Assembly: GCA_963733055.1 (NCBI GenBank)
Contig: CAVTBR010000001.1
Span: forward strand, 384,001-448,000
Source of the DNA: Candidatus Bathyarchaeota archaeon
GTDB lineage: Archaea > Thermoproteota > Bathyarchaeia > 40CM-2-53-6
Length of the DNA stretch: 64,000 nucleotides
Reading direction: 5' to 3'
The position numbers were made by a program, and so were the translations under genes. The notes below the pieces were generated by a model that saw only the letters and a program-made list of their open reading frames with translations, made no database searches and had not been told where the DNA came from. This document shows positions 19,611 to 30,236 of this stretch, one piece after another (position 1 is the stretch's first letter; every line of letters begins with the position of its first letter).

Positions 19611-19747
19611 GGTTAACCCCGGGGCGTTTTGTGCTATGAGATAAACTTGGTAAGCATCAAGAAAAATCTCGTGTATCTAATAACGAGAAAAGAGAATACG
19701 TGATGAGAGTTGGGCAGCGAAATATTGTTCAGCATACAGGAGAATAG

Positions 19748-20731
19748 GTGAACAGCGTGTCATTCGCTCTTGATCCGGATGAAGAAATTTTTATCAAGAA
19801 CCGGGGCGGCAGGCAATGGCTTAAGCACCTGATTCATGAAAAGATGAATGAATGGTCAACAGCTTACTCCGAAATGCTACCGAAAGGTTACCGAGTTGAC
19901 TTTGATGACGAGCTCGCGACGGCCCATCTTCCACAAGTAACGGGTTCTGAAGAATCAACAGATCCGACCGAACTGGAGTCGATATATTACCGAATTGTCA
20001 GAAGCCCAGACGAATCATGTATCGAGTACATCTACTATTGGAATTTTCAATTAATCCCGACCCATTCTTACGATTACGAACCAATCTACGTGTACTTGAA
20101 GGATGGCTTGGTAAAGCGCGTTGCGTTTGATCTCTGGCATTACAAAACCAGGGTCATGCTAAACGCATCTCGTTTCATGATCTGTGGACCCTGGCACAGT
20201 TTTCTATCGATAGATCAATCACATTCCCATATCGAAAGACCCCTAACTCGATTAGATGAGGCAGTTTTGGGTAAGTGGTACGGTCGAGACCCTAAAGCTA
20301 GGTTTGTGATCAAACACAAACTAACCGATCCTTGGCTACTTCATGATTGGGCTTCGTTCAGAGATGAACGCGTTCTGCCTCGCACTCAAGGCCTTTTCGT
20401 GATAACGGCTAACGATAGGGAAGCGATAGAGAACGATGAGAGGCTACAGAGCGCCATAAACAGGGAGTTGCTAAGCCTATTCGTCAAAGACATCAAGGAA
20501 TTCTGCCAAATGGGACCCCACCTGGATCAAATCATAGAATCAATCCCGGCCACAGAGAGAACGGATGATACCATTCAGATGGTTCTCACGAGCATTAGCC
20601 TGACACGGCGAGAGCTTCTCAATCAATTTGAGGCGGCCGGATACATCAAAATAGTTGATAGAAATGCGGTTTGGACTCCGACGGGCGAAACGATTAGGGC
20701 ATTGCTTAGCTCCAATCTGAAGTCGTGCTAA
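19748..20731 (+). CDS. Hypothetical protein, 327 aa
   Basis: Long ORF with GGAGAATAG upstream of GTG; central YYW...HSYDYEP motif. Confidence 0.7.
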   Translation: MNSVSFALDPDEEIFIKNRGGRQWLKHLIHEKMNEWSTAYSEMLPKGYRVDFDDELATAHLPQVTGSEESTDPTELESIYYRIVRSPDESCIEYIYYWNFQLIPTHSYDYEPIYVYLKDGLVKRVAFDLWHYKTRVMLNASRFMICGPWHSFLSIDQSHSHIERPLTRLDEAVLGKWYGRDPKARFVIKHKLTDPWLLHDWASFRDERVLPRTQGLFVITANDREAIENDERLQSAINRELLSLFVKDIKEFCQMGPHLDQIIESIPATERTDDTIQMVLTSISLTRRELLNQFEAAGYIKIVDRNAVWTPTGETIRALLSSNLKSC

Positions 20732-20802
20732 CCCCACTTGCTTCATATGATGTCCACAAATGAGATGGGTAGTGAAGGCCATAGATTGGAGGGGGTTCTT
20801 TC

Positions 20803-21906
20803 TTGAGGATCAAGAAAATCTCGGTATGGCGAGTGGATCTCCCCTTACGAGAGGGAGCATACAAGTGGTCCGGTGGAAAATTTGTCACAGTATTTGACAG
20901 CACAATTGTAGGAGTCGAGACGGAAAGTGGCGCAGTTGGCTACGGGGAGGTATGCCCTCTTGGTCCGTCCTACTTGCCTGCCTACGCTAATGGCGTCCGC
21001 GCAGGCATCAGGGAATTGGGACCCCACTTACTGGGCGAAGACCCGTTAGAACTCGCACGCCTCAACCTCCGCATGGACCTCGCACTCAAAGGACACCCGT
21101 ACGTTAAATCAGGAATCGACATCGCTTGTTGGGACATTCTTGGCCAAACCGCTGGCCAACCACTATGCGTTCTAATGGGAGGGCGTTACGGCAAAGACTT
21201 CGGCCTCTACCGAGCCATCTCACAGGAGTCTCCTCAAGAAATGGCTCGCAGCGTGGAAAACTACCGCGCGCAAGGCTATCGGCGTTTCCAACTCAAAGTC
21301 GGCGGAGATCCGGAGACCGACATTGAACGCATCCGCGCAACTTCATCCAAGCTTCAACCCGGTGACCGCCTGGTGGCTGACGCGAACACTGGGTGGGTGA
21401 TGCATGACGCTATCCGCGTCATACGCGCAGTGAATGACTTGGATGTGTATATCGAGCAACCATGTTTGACTTACGAGGAATGCCTCTCCGTACGCCGCCG
21501 AACCACCCACCCTTTCATTCTGGACGAAGTGATTGACAGCATAGCGACCATAGTACGTGGTCAAGTCGACCTCGCAATGGATGTTGTGAACATCAAAATT
21601 AGCAAATTCGGAGGCCTGACGAAAGCGCGACAGGCACGTGACCTCTGCGCGTCACTGGGTATAGCTATGACGATCGAAGACAGTTGGGGAGGCGACATCA
21701 CCACCGCTGCCATCGCACACCTGGCGCACAGTACACCGCCCGACTTCTTGTTCACCACCACGGATTTCAACAGCTATGTCACCGTCCAGACGGCGGACGG
21801 CGCACCACGACGCGTCAATGGACGAATGGCGGCAAGCACTCGACCCGGACTTGGTATCACACCGAAGATGGAGGTACTGGGCGAACCAGTAATGATCGTC
21901 GAATAA
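20803..21906 (+). CDS. Enolase superfamily (MR/MLE) enzyme, cis-3-hydroxy-L-proline dehydratase-like
   Basis: [23 protein letters not shown] / EQP / DE metal ligands, EDSWGGDI. Confidence 0.85.
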   Translation: MRIKKISVWRVDLPLREGAYKWSGGKFVTVFDSTIVGVETESGAVGYGEVCPLGPSYLPAYANGVRAGIRELGPHLLGEDPLELARLNLRMDLALKGHPYVKSGIDIACWDILGQTAGQPLCVLMGGRYGKDFGLYRAISQESPQEMARSVENYRAQGYRRFQLKVGGDPETDIERIRATSSKLQPGDRLVADANTGWVMHDAIRVIRAVNDLDVYIEQPCLTYEECLSVRRRTTHPFILDEVIDSIATIVRGQVDLAMDVVNIKISKFGGLTKARQARDLCASLGIAMTIEDSWGGDITTAAIAHLAHSTPPDFLFTTTDFNSYVTVQTADGAPRRVNGRMAASTRPGLGITPKMEVLGEPVMIVE

Positions 21907-21955
21907 GACTAAGATGCCTCTAAAGCTACGCACCGAGTACCTTTCGAGAGCTACT

Positions 21956-22450
21956 TCATTTGTTCGTGCGTCCAATCGTTCTCTTGGAGGCAAGTATGAC
22001 TGCTTGAAGTTGTTGTTGATATCCGGTACATCTGCAAAGATTCCCTGAAAGGTAACGTTTGAGTTCGGGCTCTGTAATGTTAGGTTTCTCTTTCAATAAT
22101 GCCGAAGCGGTCATTATCATGCCGGGTATGCAGTATCCGCATTGGGCCGCGTCAAGTTCAATGAAAGCCTCCTGAACTGGATGAAGGGCCGTTTCACTTC
22201 CTAACCCTTCGATAGTTGTGATCTCATGCCCATCTAATTGCGGAGCAAGAACGAGGCATGAGGTGACAGGCTTTCCGTCCATTAGGACGGTACAGGCCCC
22301 ACATTCCCCCGTGTCGCAACCTTTCTTCACACCAGTAGTTCCCACTTCGTCATGAAGGAAATCACAGAGCGTAAGGTTCGGCGAAATCTTCCTGTGGAGG
22401 GGCGCTCCGTTGATCGTACATGTTACTTCGACTAGTGGTTCTGGCTTCAT
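21956..22450 (-). CDS. Xanthine dehydrogenase family [2Fe-2S] small subunit
   Basis: GCDTGECGACTV, QCGYCIPG, NLCRCTGY. Confidence 0.95.
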   Translation of the reverse strand: MKPEPLVEVTCTINGAPLHRKISPNLTLCDFLHDEVGTTGVKKGCDTGECGACTVLMDGKPVTSCLVLAPQLDGHEITTIEGLGSETALHPVQEAFIELDAAQCGYCIPGMIMTASALLKEKPNITEPELKRYLSGNLCRCTGYQQQLQAVILASKRTIGRTNK

Positions 22451-23346
22451 CGCTCGATTCCCCTCGCTATGTTCACCACTTTCTTGATGGACCTCTTCGT
22501 GAGAACTCGGACTAGTTGTCTTCTGTATTCGGCGCTCGCTCTCACATCGGTTATTGGCCTGCTTTCATCGCCAGCGGTCTTAGCTACAGCGTCGATTGCC
22601 TCCTCAGTGACCGGGCTTCCAGTAAGTTTCTCAGAACTTTTCTGTGCTAGGATTGGAGTGGGCGCAACGGCTCCGAGAGCAATTCTGCTAGTTCCGAACG
22701 CGTTGCCTTTCACTTCGGAGGCGACCGCGACTGATACTACGGATATTACGTTTTCATTGCGTTTTGCGGCTCGCATCCAGTAGCTAGAAACACCCTGGGC
22801 TTGTGGGATTTCGATGGAGGTGATCACCTCATCGGGATGGATTGCTGTCTTCTTTACGCCCGTGAAGAAATCTTCCACATGCATTGTTCTTTCCCCGCTT
22901 TTGGCTAGTAGGTTTACTTTCGCTGAGAGGGTAATGAGAGGGGGCGCGGTATCGGCGGCCGGTGAACCGTTGGCGAGATTCGCTCCGATGGTTCCGAGAT
23001 TTCTGATTTGGTAAGTTCCGACTTGTGATGCCGCCTCACTCAAAGCTCTAGCAAAACGTTTGACATGTGGGTTCAGTTCAAGTTCGGTGTAGGTTGTCAT
23101 TGCGCCGATTCGGAGACTGTTCTTGGTTAGGGTTATTCCGGATAATGCGGGCCGAAGGCGGTTGAGGTCGATTATTGTGTCGGGGTGGATTGAGCGGTGT
23201 TTTAGGGCTATTGTTAGGTCGGTTCCGCCCGCGATCAACCTTGCCTTTGAACCATACTGGGTTAGCGCCTCGAGTAGTTCGCCCATGTCGTTTGGTCTTA
23301 GGTAGTTGAATGGGGCGATTGGTGCTAGGTATTGGAACGATTTCAT
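22447..23346 (-). CDS. Xanthine dehydrogenase family FAD-binding medium subunit
   Basis: AGGTDL, IRNLGTIGANLANGSPAAD, DVRASAEYR. Confidence 0.95.
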   Translation of the reverse strand: MKSFQYLAPIAPFNYLRPNDMGELLEALTQYGSKARLIAGGTDLTIALKHRSIHPDTIIDLNRLRPALSGITLTKNSLRIGAMTTYTELELNPHVKRFARALSEAASQVGTYQIRNLGTIGANLANGSPAADTAPPLITLSAKVNLLAKSGERTMHVEDFFTGVKKTAIHPDEVITSIEIPQAQGVSSYWMRAAKRNENVISVVSVAVASEVKGNAFGTSRIALGAVAPTPILAQKSSEKLTGSPVTEEAIDAVAKTAGDESRPITDVRASAEYRRQLVRVLTKRSIKKVVNIARGIER

Positions 23347-25667
23347 GGGTTATCTCTTGCCGCTAGAGCCGTCTGAACTCGTTCTGGTGTGTAAGGGAAT
23401 GTTCGAATTGGAAATCCGAGGGCGTTGTAGACGGCGTTCCCGACCGCGGCTGCGACGGGCTCGATCGGCGGTTCGCCTATACCCTTCGCCCCAAACGGAC
23501 CGTTTTCTAAGTCAGGAGCTTCGACCGCGATTGGTTTGATTGTTGAAATGTCCGCAAAGGTTGGGATGTAGTAGTCGAGGAATCCTGGATTCATAATTTG
23601 CCCCTTATCGCCGATCAGAAGTTCCTCCATCAGTGCGTATCCGAGTCCTTGAACGACACCGCCGTAAATCTGGCTCTTGAATTGAGTTGGAAGGATTACA
23701 GTGCCAGAATCGTGAGCGGCGACATAGTTCAGCAAGTCGACCTTTCCAGTTTCTACGTCAACTTGAACTTCCGCGACGTGAACAGCCCATGAATACGACT
23801 TCCAAGGCGAACCTTCTCCCTTTGCTTTATCCCAGTTGATGCCCGTTGCACGGTTCCACGCTTCTTCCCTGAGGTCAAGTCCTCTGCGTCTGCATTCACG
23901 CACGAGTTCAGCGAAGGCCAACACTTTGCCGGACCCGCGCTTTATCGTATCGTCTTCCCAGACTAGGTCTTCTGGCTTGCAAGATAGGGACTCCGCGGCT
24001 ACTCGTGCCATTTTGTCTTTAAGCTGATTCGCCGCGAGATAGAGGGCCTTACCTCCCATGACCGTGCTTCGGGAAGCGACTGTGGGGCCCGAATCCAACG
24101 CAAGATTCGTATCCGTCATTTCGACGTTGATCTTCGTTTTCTTCAGACCCAGTACCTTGGCGACGATCTTCACGAAACCCGTGTAGATCCCTTGGCCATA
24201 CTCAGTCATGCCCGTGAATACTTGTACGGTCCCATCTTGGATCACTTGAACAGTGCCAGATCCAACATCTACGCCAAGCGGTCCTAGGCTGGTGGGATGA
24301 ATCATGCAGGCCATGCCTATACCACGACGCAGCTCGCCAACCTGTGGTCTCGAGTACAACTGCCTCTTGTTCTTCCATCCGGACTCCTCAGTAGCTTTTA
24401 GCAAACATTCTTCGAGCCCAACACTGCTGGACAGTAGTTGTCCGGTGGCGGTTTTTGATCCAACCCGCAGGATGTTATTGCGTCTGAATTCAAAGGGGTC
24501 CACGTTCAGTTGCTCAGCCGCCTCATCCATCTGGAGTTCTGCGGCGAAGAGGGCTTGAGGTTTACCGAAACCTCTGAATGCGCCCATCGGAACCTTATTC
24601 GTGTAAGCAACCGCCCCATCTACCTTCACGTTGGGGACATCGTACGCGCCCGAGACCAAGCACACCGACTGGAAAAGCACGCGTGAGCTTAGTGATGCGT
24701 AGGCTCCTCCGTCAAGCAAGACGTTCGCTTCAACCGCCGTAATCTTCCCCTTACGAGTAACTCCCATCTTTCTCTCAATTCTGATGGGGTGCCGTTTGGG
24801 GTGGAAAATTGTGGATTCTTCTCGCGAAAAGGCAAGAAGCGCAGGTTTCTTCGTGAGGTAAGTGGCCAGAGCAGCTCTGGCGCAAACCTCGTCCGGCGCG
24901 TCCTCCTTCCCGCCAAATGCTCCGCCCGTGGGCGCCAAGATAATTTGGACATTAGGAACAGCCTTTCCAAGAACAACCTTTACTGCTTTTTCTACGGCAA
25001 ATGGACATTGCATCGAGCCCAGGACAGCGACACCATCAGGTATCGGATAGGCTAGAGCGGCCTCAGTCTCAAGATATGCCTGCTCTTGGATAGGGGTCTG
25101 ATAGGTGCCATTAACCACAACGTCGGCTTCGCGAAATCCCTTCTCCACGTCCCCCTTTCTAACCAAGAAACTATCAAGAAAATTTCCTTGCTCGTGAATT
25201 TTCACTGCGCTTCTCTTCAGAGCTTCCTGAGGATCGTAGACTGCCGGGAGCGGTTCGTAATCCACTTTGACGGCTTCGACGCCGGTTTCAGCAGCTTCGG
25301 GAGTGGTAGCAATCACCATGGCTACGGTGTCGCCGACGAACCTCACCTTCTGATCGCAGAACAAGGGTTGGTCTTGAATGAAGAAACCTACCTCGTTAGC
25401 TCCCGGGACATCCTTACCAGTTACAACCCTGACCACGCCGCTAATCTTCTCAGCAGCCGAAAAGTCAATCCTCTTGACAATGGCGTGCGCGAGGGGTGAA
25501 CGAACAAGCCTCAGATAAAGAGCAGATTGATCAATCATGTCAGTAGTATACCTAGTCTTGCCGAGCACCTTCTGTAAAGCGTCAACACGTTTCTCCTCGT
25601 CAATTGGTCGTTCAACGCGCTCGAGAGTTTGCATGACTTCTTCACCGAATTTGAAACGCTCTATCAA
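23343..25667 (-). CDS. Xanthine dehydrogenase family molybdopterin-binding large subunit
   Basis: GGAFGGKED, AFRGFG, EYGQG, TVASRS, AKGIGEP; alternative ATG at 25634 preceded by GGTGA. Confidence 0.95.
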   Translation of the reverse strand: MIERFKFGEEVMQTLERVERPIDEEKRVDALQKVLGKTRYTTDMIDQSALYLRLVRSPLAHAIVKRIDFSAAEKISGVVRVVTGKDVPGANEVGFFIQDQPLFCDQKVRFVGDTVAMVIATTPEAAETGVEAVKVDYEPLPAVYDPQEALKRSAVKIHEQGNFLDSFLVRKGDVEKGFREADVVVNGTYQTPIQEQAYLETEAALAYPIPDGVAVLGSMQCPFAVEKAVKVVLGKAVPNVQIILAPTGGAFGGKEDAPDEVCARAALATYLTKKPALLAFSREESTIFHPKRHPIRIERKMGVTRKGKITAVEANVLLDGGAYASLSSRVLFQSVCLVSGAYDVPNVKVDGAVAYTNKVPMGAFRGFGKPQALFAAELQMDEAAEQLNVDPFEFRRNNILRVGSKTATGQLLSSSVGLEECLLKATEESGWKNKRQLYSRPQVGELRRGIGMACMIHPTSLGPLGVDVGSGTVQVIQDGTVQVFTGMTEYGQGIYTGFVKIVAKVLGLKKTKINVEMTDTNLALDSGPTVASRSTVMGGKALYLAANQLKDKMARVAAESLSCKPEDLVWEDDTIKRGSGKVLAFAELVRECRRRGLDLREEAWNRATGINWDKAKGEGSPWKSYSWAVHVAEVQVDVETGKVDLLNYVAAHDSGTVILPTQFKSQIYGGVVQGLGYALMEELLIGDKGQIMNPGFLDYYIPTFADISTIKPIAVEAPDLENGPFGAKGIGEPPIEPVAAAVGNAVYNALGFPIRTFPYTPERVQTALAARDNP

Positions 25668-25686
25668 ATTGTGTTCTAATTAACGT

Positions 25687-25710
25687 AACTCTAGAATATC
25701 TTCCAGAGTT
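25687..25710. promoter_or_regulatory. Imperfect inverted repeat in the divergent xdh/moaD promoter region (candidate operator)
   Basis: AACTCTAGAA-TATC-TTCCAGAGTT, 9/10 arm match. Confidence 0.35.
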
Positions 25711-25835
25711 GTTTGTTGTAACGCGCACATAATCGCATTCGAATGCCCGATGAAAAGAGGTGAAAGGTAAATGGCTCACCCCAACATCTAGAAGTCAACT
25801 AGTCATGAAGATGCATTAGACAGCAGCGTGCATTT

Positions 25836-26135
25836 GTGAAGGAGTCGGCGAGATTGAGTTCCATATCTGTCAACGTGACCGCGTTTGGTTTGTGGCAAAT
25901 GGTGTTAGGAGCCAAGAGGCAGCAAGTTGAGACGAATGGACGCACAGTTGGTGATCTTATTACGACTTTGAATGAGATGGCTTCAGGGAAATTGAAGGAG
26001 GAAATTATCGGCGACGACGGCAGATTGGATCCTAAATTCAAGATATTCGTAAACGGAAAGGAAAGCGCCACTCTGACGACCCAGTTGACTGATGGGGACG
26101 ATGTTGTTCTATTCGGTGTAATCGACGGTGGCTAA
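25836..26135 (+). CDS. MoaD/ThiS/SAMP ubiquitin-like sulfur carrier
   Basis: Beta-grasp pattern IFVNG...LTDGDDV, C-terminal GG. Confidence 0.88.
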   Translation: MKESARLSSISVNVTAFGLWQMVLGAKRQQVETNGRTVGDLITTLNEMASGKLKEEIIGDDGRLDPKFKIFVNGKESATLTTQLTDGDDVVLFGVIDGG

Positions 26136-26136
26136 C

Positions 26137-27093
26137 TTACGAGAAGGACGGTAGCAGCACCTTGCCACATTCTTCTATCTGCTCGTCTATCTCCGAGAGT
26201 TTGTTTACGGAGGGCATCAATACGAGTTCTTGCACGCCCGCCTTCGCGAATGATTCTACCGTGCTCGCGCAGTCTTTGGCTGTACCAATTATTGCGCTGC
26301 TCGGGGTGGCTTCGCTCCATTTGGGCAAATCGCAGTGTCCAGTGATGAATTCGTTCGTTACACGTTCGGCTTCCGCTCGACTTCGATCGATTCTTATGGG
26401 AACCATGTCACAGTTTCCAAATTTGCCCGCGTCCTTGCCTGATGATTTCGCGCTCTCAAGTACCTTTAACCAACTCTTCTCGAAGCTTTGCGGTGTGTAG
26501 AAGTACGATATCCATCCGTCGGCAAGCTTACCCACTCGACGCAACACCGAGTCAACGTATCCTCCCATCCAAAGGGGCGGATGAGGCTTCTGGACCGGCT
26601 TGGGTTCCATTGTTACATTTTTGAATGAATATTGGCCGTACTCGCCAGTCACCGCACTCTCCGTCCACAACCGCTTCATGATCTCAATATTCGTTTGAAG
26701 AGTTCGGCCGCGAGTGTCAAACGGGTACCCGCAAGCTTGGAACTCTCGTTCGTACCAACCAGCTGCAACTCCAAGAGTTATTCGTCCATCGCTCAGGTTG
26801 TCCAGTGTTGCTACTTGTTTGGTTAGGACCACTGGGTTTCTGATCGATAGAACCAATATGCCCGTTCCTAGCCTGACTCGTTCTGTTCTCGCCGCAACGG
26901 CGGATAGTATCGTCAACGAGTCGTGAACGGGAAAGACGCTCTTCGATCCAAGTAATATGTGGTCCCAAACCCAGACCGAAGAAAATCCTAATTCCTCGGC
27001 TCTCGTTGCGTGCTTAATTAGCGTCTTAGGGCTAATCCATTCTCCAGGTGCAACGTAGTTCTGTAACGTTAATCCGAACTTGACCGGTGGCAT
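26137..27093 (-). CDS. LLM-class flavin/F420-dependent oxidoreductase
   Basis: GFSSVWVWDH, LGTGILV, TLDNLSDGRITLGVAAGW, PPLWMGG. Confidence 0.9.
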   Translation of the reverse strand: MPPVKFGLTLQNYVAPGEWISPKTLIKHATRAEELGFSSVWVWDHILLGSKSVFPVHDSLTILSAVAARTERVRLGTGILVLSIRNPVVLTKQVATLDNLSDGRITLGVAAGWYEREFQACGYPFDTRGRTLQTNIEIMKRLWTESAVTGEYGQYSFKNVTMEPKPVQKPHPPLWMGGYVDSVLRRVGKLADGWISYFYTPQSFEKSWLKVLESAKSSGKDAGKFGNCDMVPIRIDRSRAEAERVTNEFITGHCDLPKWSEATPSSAIIGTAKDCASTVESFAKAGVQELVLMPSVNKLSEIDEQIEECGKVLLPSFS

Positions 27094-27109
27094 TTAATCG
27101 CCAAGCTCT

Positions 27110-28384
27110 TCAGGCGACTACTCCACACCAGTCCAGTATAGCCAGCGCATAGACTTTCGTTGCCGCTATCAGATCCTCTACTCTCACATATTCGTTGGTG
27201 GCATGCATTTGATCGGTGGGGCCGGGTCCGAATATTACGCTGGGTGTTTCACCATATTTGTTGAGGAACCTGATGTCTGCGGCGCCAGTCCTTCCGCTTA
27301 CGTTGGCGTCTTTACCCAAAATTTCGTTGTACGCTGATCTTACGCATTTCACAATCTCATGGTCAGTTGGTATCTCGGATGGCTCGGCGAAATATCCGGT
27401 GTACTTGACAGTTGGAGGATGCTCCTTCAACCAAGCGTCGCCCATTGCGGCCGCCTTCAAATGCTCAATGAACTGCTTCTTGACTACGTCAGAATCTTCC
27501 CCAGGGACAGTCGCCATGCTCCCCTTGAGGAGACATGAGTCTGGGAAAGCACTGGGGTAGGAACCGGACTGGAAGACTCCTACCAGACAAGGAATGGTTT
27601 CTCTAATATTCGGGTAAAGAGGGTGTCTGACCTTTCCCATGCGAATTTCTTGGAAGTTTGAAACGGCTTTCGTAACGGCGTAGCCCTTATCGATCGCATT
27701 AATTCCTTCCCATTGCGTTTGAATGCCTGCTGGTTTCCCTTTCACGTGGATCTCATACCATATCCGACCAATGGAGGCCGGTTGAACGCACATACTGCTA
27801 GTCTCGCCACTGATCCCCGCATCAGCCTTGTAGCCCCTTGTAACGCAGGCTAAGGTTCCGTTTCCGCTGAGTTCCTCATCTACCGTGTACTCTAGAATTA
27901 CATCCCCCTTCAACTTCACTCCGGACTCGATAATTGCGCTCATTGCCATACTATAACCAGCAACACCCGCCTTCATGTCGGAAGCCCCACGGCCGTGAAG
28001 TTTTCCATCCCGGATCGTAGCAATCCAGGGGTCGGTATTCCATGCGTCACTCGCTCCCGCAGGTATGACGTCGACGTGACCGTTGAAGAGCAATGAACGA
28101 CCTGACCCAGCCCCCTTGTACACGCCAACCACGTTCGGCCTATCCTTGTAATCCCTATCCACGGCGACAAAACCCGGATGTTTGCCAAGCTCTTCGATGT
28201 TGGGCTCCCAAACGTCAACCTTAACGCGCAAAGAATCCTTCAACCAGTTCGAGATGAAACTTTGAATGTCCTTCTCGTTTCCCGTCACACTGGGGAATGA
28301 GACCAGTTTGCGCAGGAAATTCACAACTTCCTCGCGGTTCTTCTCTATATACGAAGAGACCGTTTGCCGCGGATTGTTCATCAA
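27110..28384 (-). CDS. M20 ArgE/DapE-family deacylase/deformylase
   Basis: NGHVDV, GRGASDMKAG, VDEE, GPG...HATNE. Confidence 0.92.
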   Translation of the reverse strand: MMNNPRQTVSSYIEKNREEVVNFLRKLVSFPSVTGNEKDIQSFISNWLKDSLRVKVDVWEPNIEELGKHPGFVAVDRDYKDRPNVVGVYKGAGSGRSLLFNGHVDVIPAGASDAWNTDPWIATIRDGKLHGRGASDMKAGVAGYSMAMSAIIESGVKLKGDVILEYTVDEELSGNGTLACVTRGYKADAGISGETSSMCVQPASIGRIWYEIHVKGKPAGIQTQWEGINAIDKGYAVTKAVSNFQEIRMGKVRHPLYPNIRETIPCLVGVFQSGSYPSAFPDSCLLKGSMATVPGEDSDVVKKQFIEHLKAAAMGDAWLKEHPPTVKYTGYFAEPSEIPTDHEIVKCVRSAYNEILGKDANVSGRTGAADIRFLNKYGETPSVIFGPGPTDQMHATNEYVRVEDLIAATKVYALAILDWCGVVA

Positions 28385-28385
28385 C

Positions 28386-29168
28386 TCATCCTCCACGCAA
28401 CATGATTTTCTCAGGATCAATTGCTCTCAGAATTTTAAGTTCATGCTTACTTGGAGGAGTTATTCGTTGAAGCTGACTCGCTACCGAAAGGTGAAATCCT
28501 GTGTTCTCTAGGACATTATTGGGTTCAACGCCTTCTTGGAGAGCTTCCAACCTCAACGCTTTCGTGGTTGAATCGAACCCTAAGATGCCCAAGTCGGTTA
28601 CAACCTTGTAAGGTCCCCCGAAAATTAGCCCTGCTTCACGCCTCGAATCTCCACCGTCTAAGAATCCGGGACTCGTTACGAAATCGACCTTATCTACGAA
28701 CCTGCGTTTCTCGTGCATCACACAGATAATTACGCGGGTTGCTGAGGCCGCAATATCATTTGCCCCTCCACTTCCGGGCAACCTAACCTTGGGTGCTTCG
28801 AAATCTCCGATTACGGATGTGTTGAGGTTTCCGAATTTATCTATCTGAGCGGCTCCAAGCAACCCGTAATCCAAGAAACCCCGTTGCTGATACAGGAACA
28901 TGTCCGTGATGCTGCAAAACGCCATTGCCTTCCTACCTGCGCGTGCCTCATTGGTTGACAACGGCATTTTACCCGGCTTCAACTGGGGGGCAATCACCCC
29001 GCCTTCGAACATAATCGATAGATTCGGGCTTTGTGTGAATTGCGCAAGCAAGGCGGCGGCCATCGGTAGACCGATTCCGACAAAGATGGTCTTCCTGTCT
29101 TCCAGTAACCTTGCCGTCGTTACGGCGATCAATTCTGACTTCGAATATTCGAGCTTACGTGATGACAT
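28386..29168 (-). CDS. Family I CoA-transferase beta subunit (glutaconate/3-oxoadipate type)
   Basis: FVGIGLP, FEGG (catalytic Glu position), GAAQIDKFGNLN, LPGSGGAND. Confidence 0.92.
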   Translation of the reverse strand: MSSRKLEYSKSELIAVTTARLLEDRKTIFVGIGLPMAAALLAQFTQSPNLSIMFEGGVIAPQLKPGKMPLSTNEARAGRKAMAFCSITDMFLYQQRGFLDYGLLGAAQIDKFGNLNTSVIGDFEAPKVRLPGSGGANDIAASATRVIICVMHEKRRFVDKVDFVTSPGFLDGGDSRREAGLIFGGPYKVVTDLGILGFDSTTKALRLEALQEGVEPNNVLENTGFHLSVASQLQRITPPSKHELKILRAIDPEKIMLRGG

Positions 29169-30129
29169 TTTGCATGTTCCTCTTCAATTTCTTCAACCTA
29201 CTTGAGCCGATCTTCCTCAGAAATTCCTGAAAAGTTTCCGTGCCGTAAACAAATTCCTTAAGATATTCTGAGGCCCCATCTATGCCGTTTTTGTTGGTTC
29301 GTTCGGCGAATTGAGCAAAGTGGTCGAAGTCCGCCTCATACAAATCCCAGCATTCGCTCGGGTAGGCCCCAAAGGGTACTTTTACGATCGCATCCACGCA
29401 GAAGAATGGAATGGTCGTCCTGTCGGGATGCCTCCTGATCTCTTTCGAATTAACGATTTTTTCTACGGTTACTATGACTCGTTCTGAGGATCGAGCGATG
29501 TCTTGGTCCATGAACTCGTATCCGCCAATCTGCACATTGCCGGCTTCGTCGGCTACTTGCGCGTGAATGATTCCTACGTCGGGGTAGAGTGCAGGTACAG
29601 CCAAGATTTTCTCTCCGGAATATGGACAAGTAATTGTTTGAACGGCGTTGACTCTCTGAAGGTCGGTGCCGATCATTGAGAAGGTCGGCAAGAAGGTTAC
29701 CCCCATAGCCGCGGCTCTATACCTGAGGCCGAGTGAAAGATGGCTCCACTCCTCGAAAGCGACACGTTGTTCTTCCACCGCCTTACGCATCACGCGAGAA
29801 ATTCCCCAAGCGTAACCCACACTCCACCAACTCGTTATCGCCCTTCTCAACAATGATGCGCCGACCAGCAAGTCGCCCTCCATTCCAAGAAGGCTTCGCG
29901 AGACTGTAAGGCCACTGACTTTCTGTCTAATGATTTCATGGATGATCGCTGTTGGAGTTCGAGAGTATAGGCATCCTCCGATCGCAACGTGAGAACCCTC
30001 GTGTACGAACCTTCTAACCGCTTCGTTAGCCGACGTTAGCTTTGATTGTGGCGACTTCGTTTTTTCTTCGATCTTTCTTCTCTTCTCTTTAACATCTAAA
30101 GCGTAACGCGAAATCTGTTGATTCAACAT
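29155..30129 (-). CDS. Family I CoA-transferase alpha subunit
   Basis: AIGG...RTP, LRYRAAAMG, HAQVADEAGN, PFGAYP. Confidence 0.92.
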   Translation of the reverse strand: MLNQQISRYALDVKEKRRKIEEKTKSPQSKLTSANEAVRRFVHEGSHVAIGGCLYSRTPTAIIHEIIRQKVSGLTVSRSLLGMEGDLLVGASLLRRAITSWWSVGYAWGISRVMRKAVEEQRVAFEEWSHLSLGLRYRAAAMGVTFLPTFSMIGTDLQRVNAVQTITCPYSGEKILAVPALYPDVGIIHAQVADEAGNVQIGGYEFMDQDIARSSERVIVTVEKIVNSKEIRRHPDRTTIPFFCVDAIVKVPFGAYPSECWDLYEADFDHFAQFAERTNKNGIDGASEYLKEFVYGTETFQEFLRKIGSSRLKKLKRNMQNVIT

Positions 30130-30236
30130 CGTGATCCTCCGGTTGCTTGCGAGTTATTCGAGTGGAAATATCCTTATCGGTATTTCATCGGCACCGTTAT
30201 ATCCTAATTGCAAATAACGCAAATCTGGAAATCTTC

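Noticed and set aside
21956-25667. Aerobic CO dehydrogenase (coxMSL)
   Set aside because: The active-site loop is AFRGFG, not AYxCSFR.
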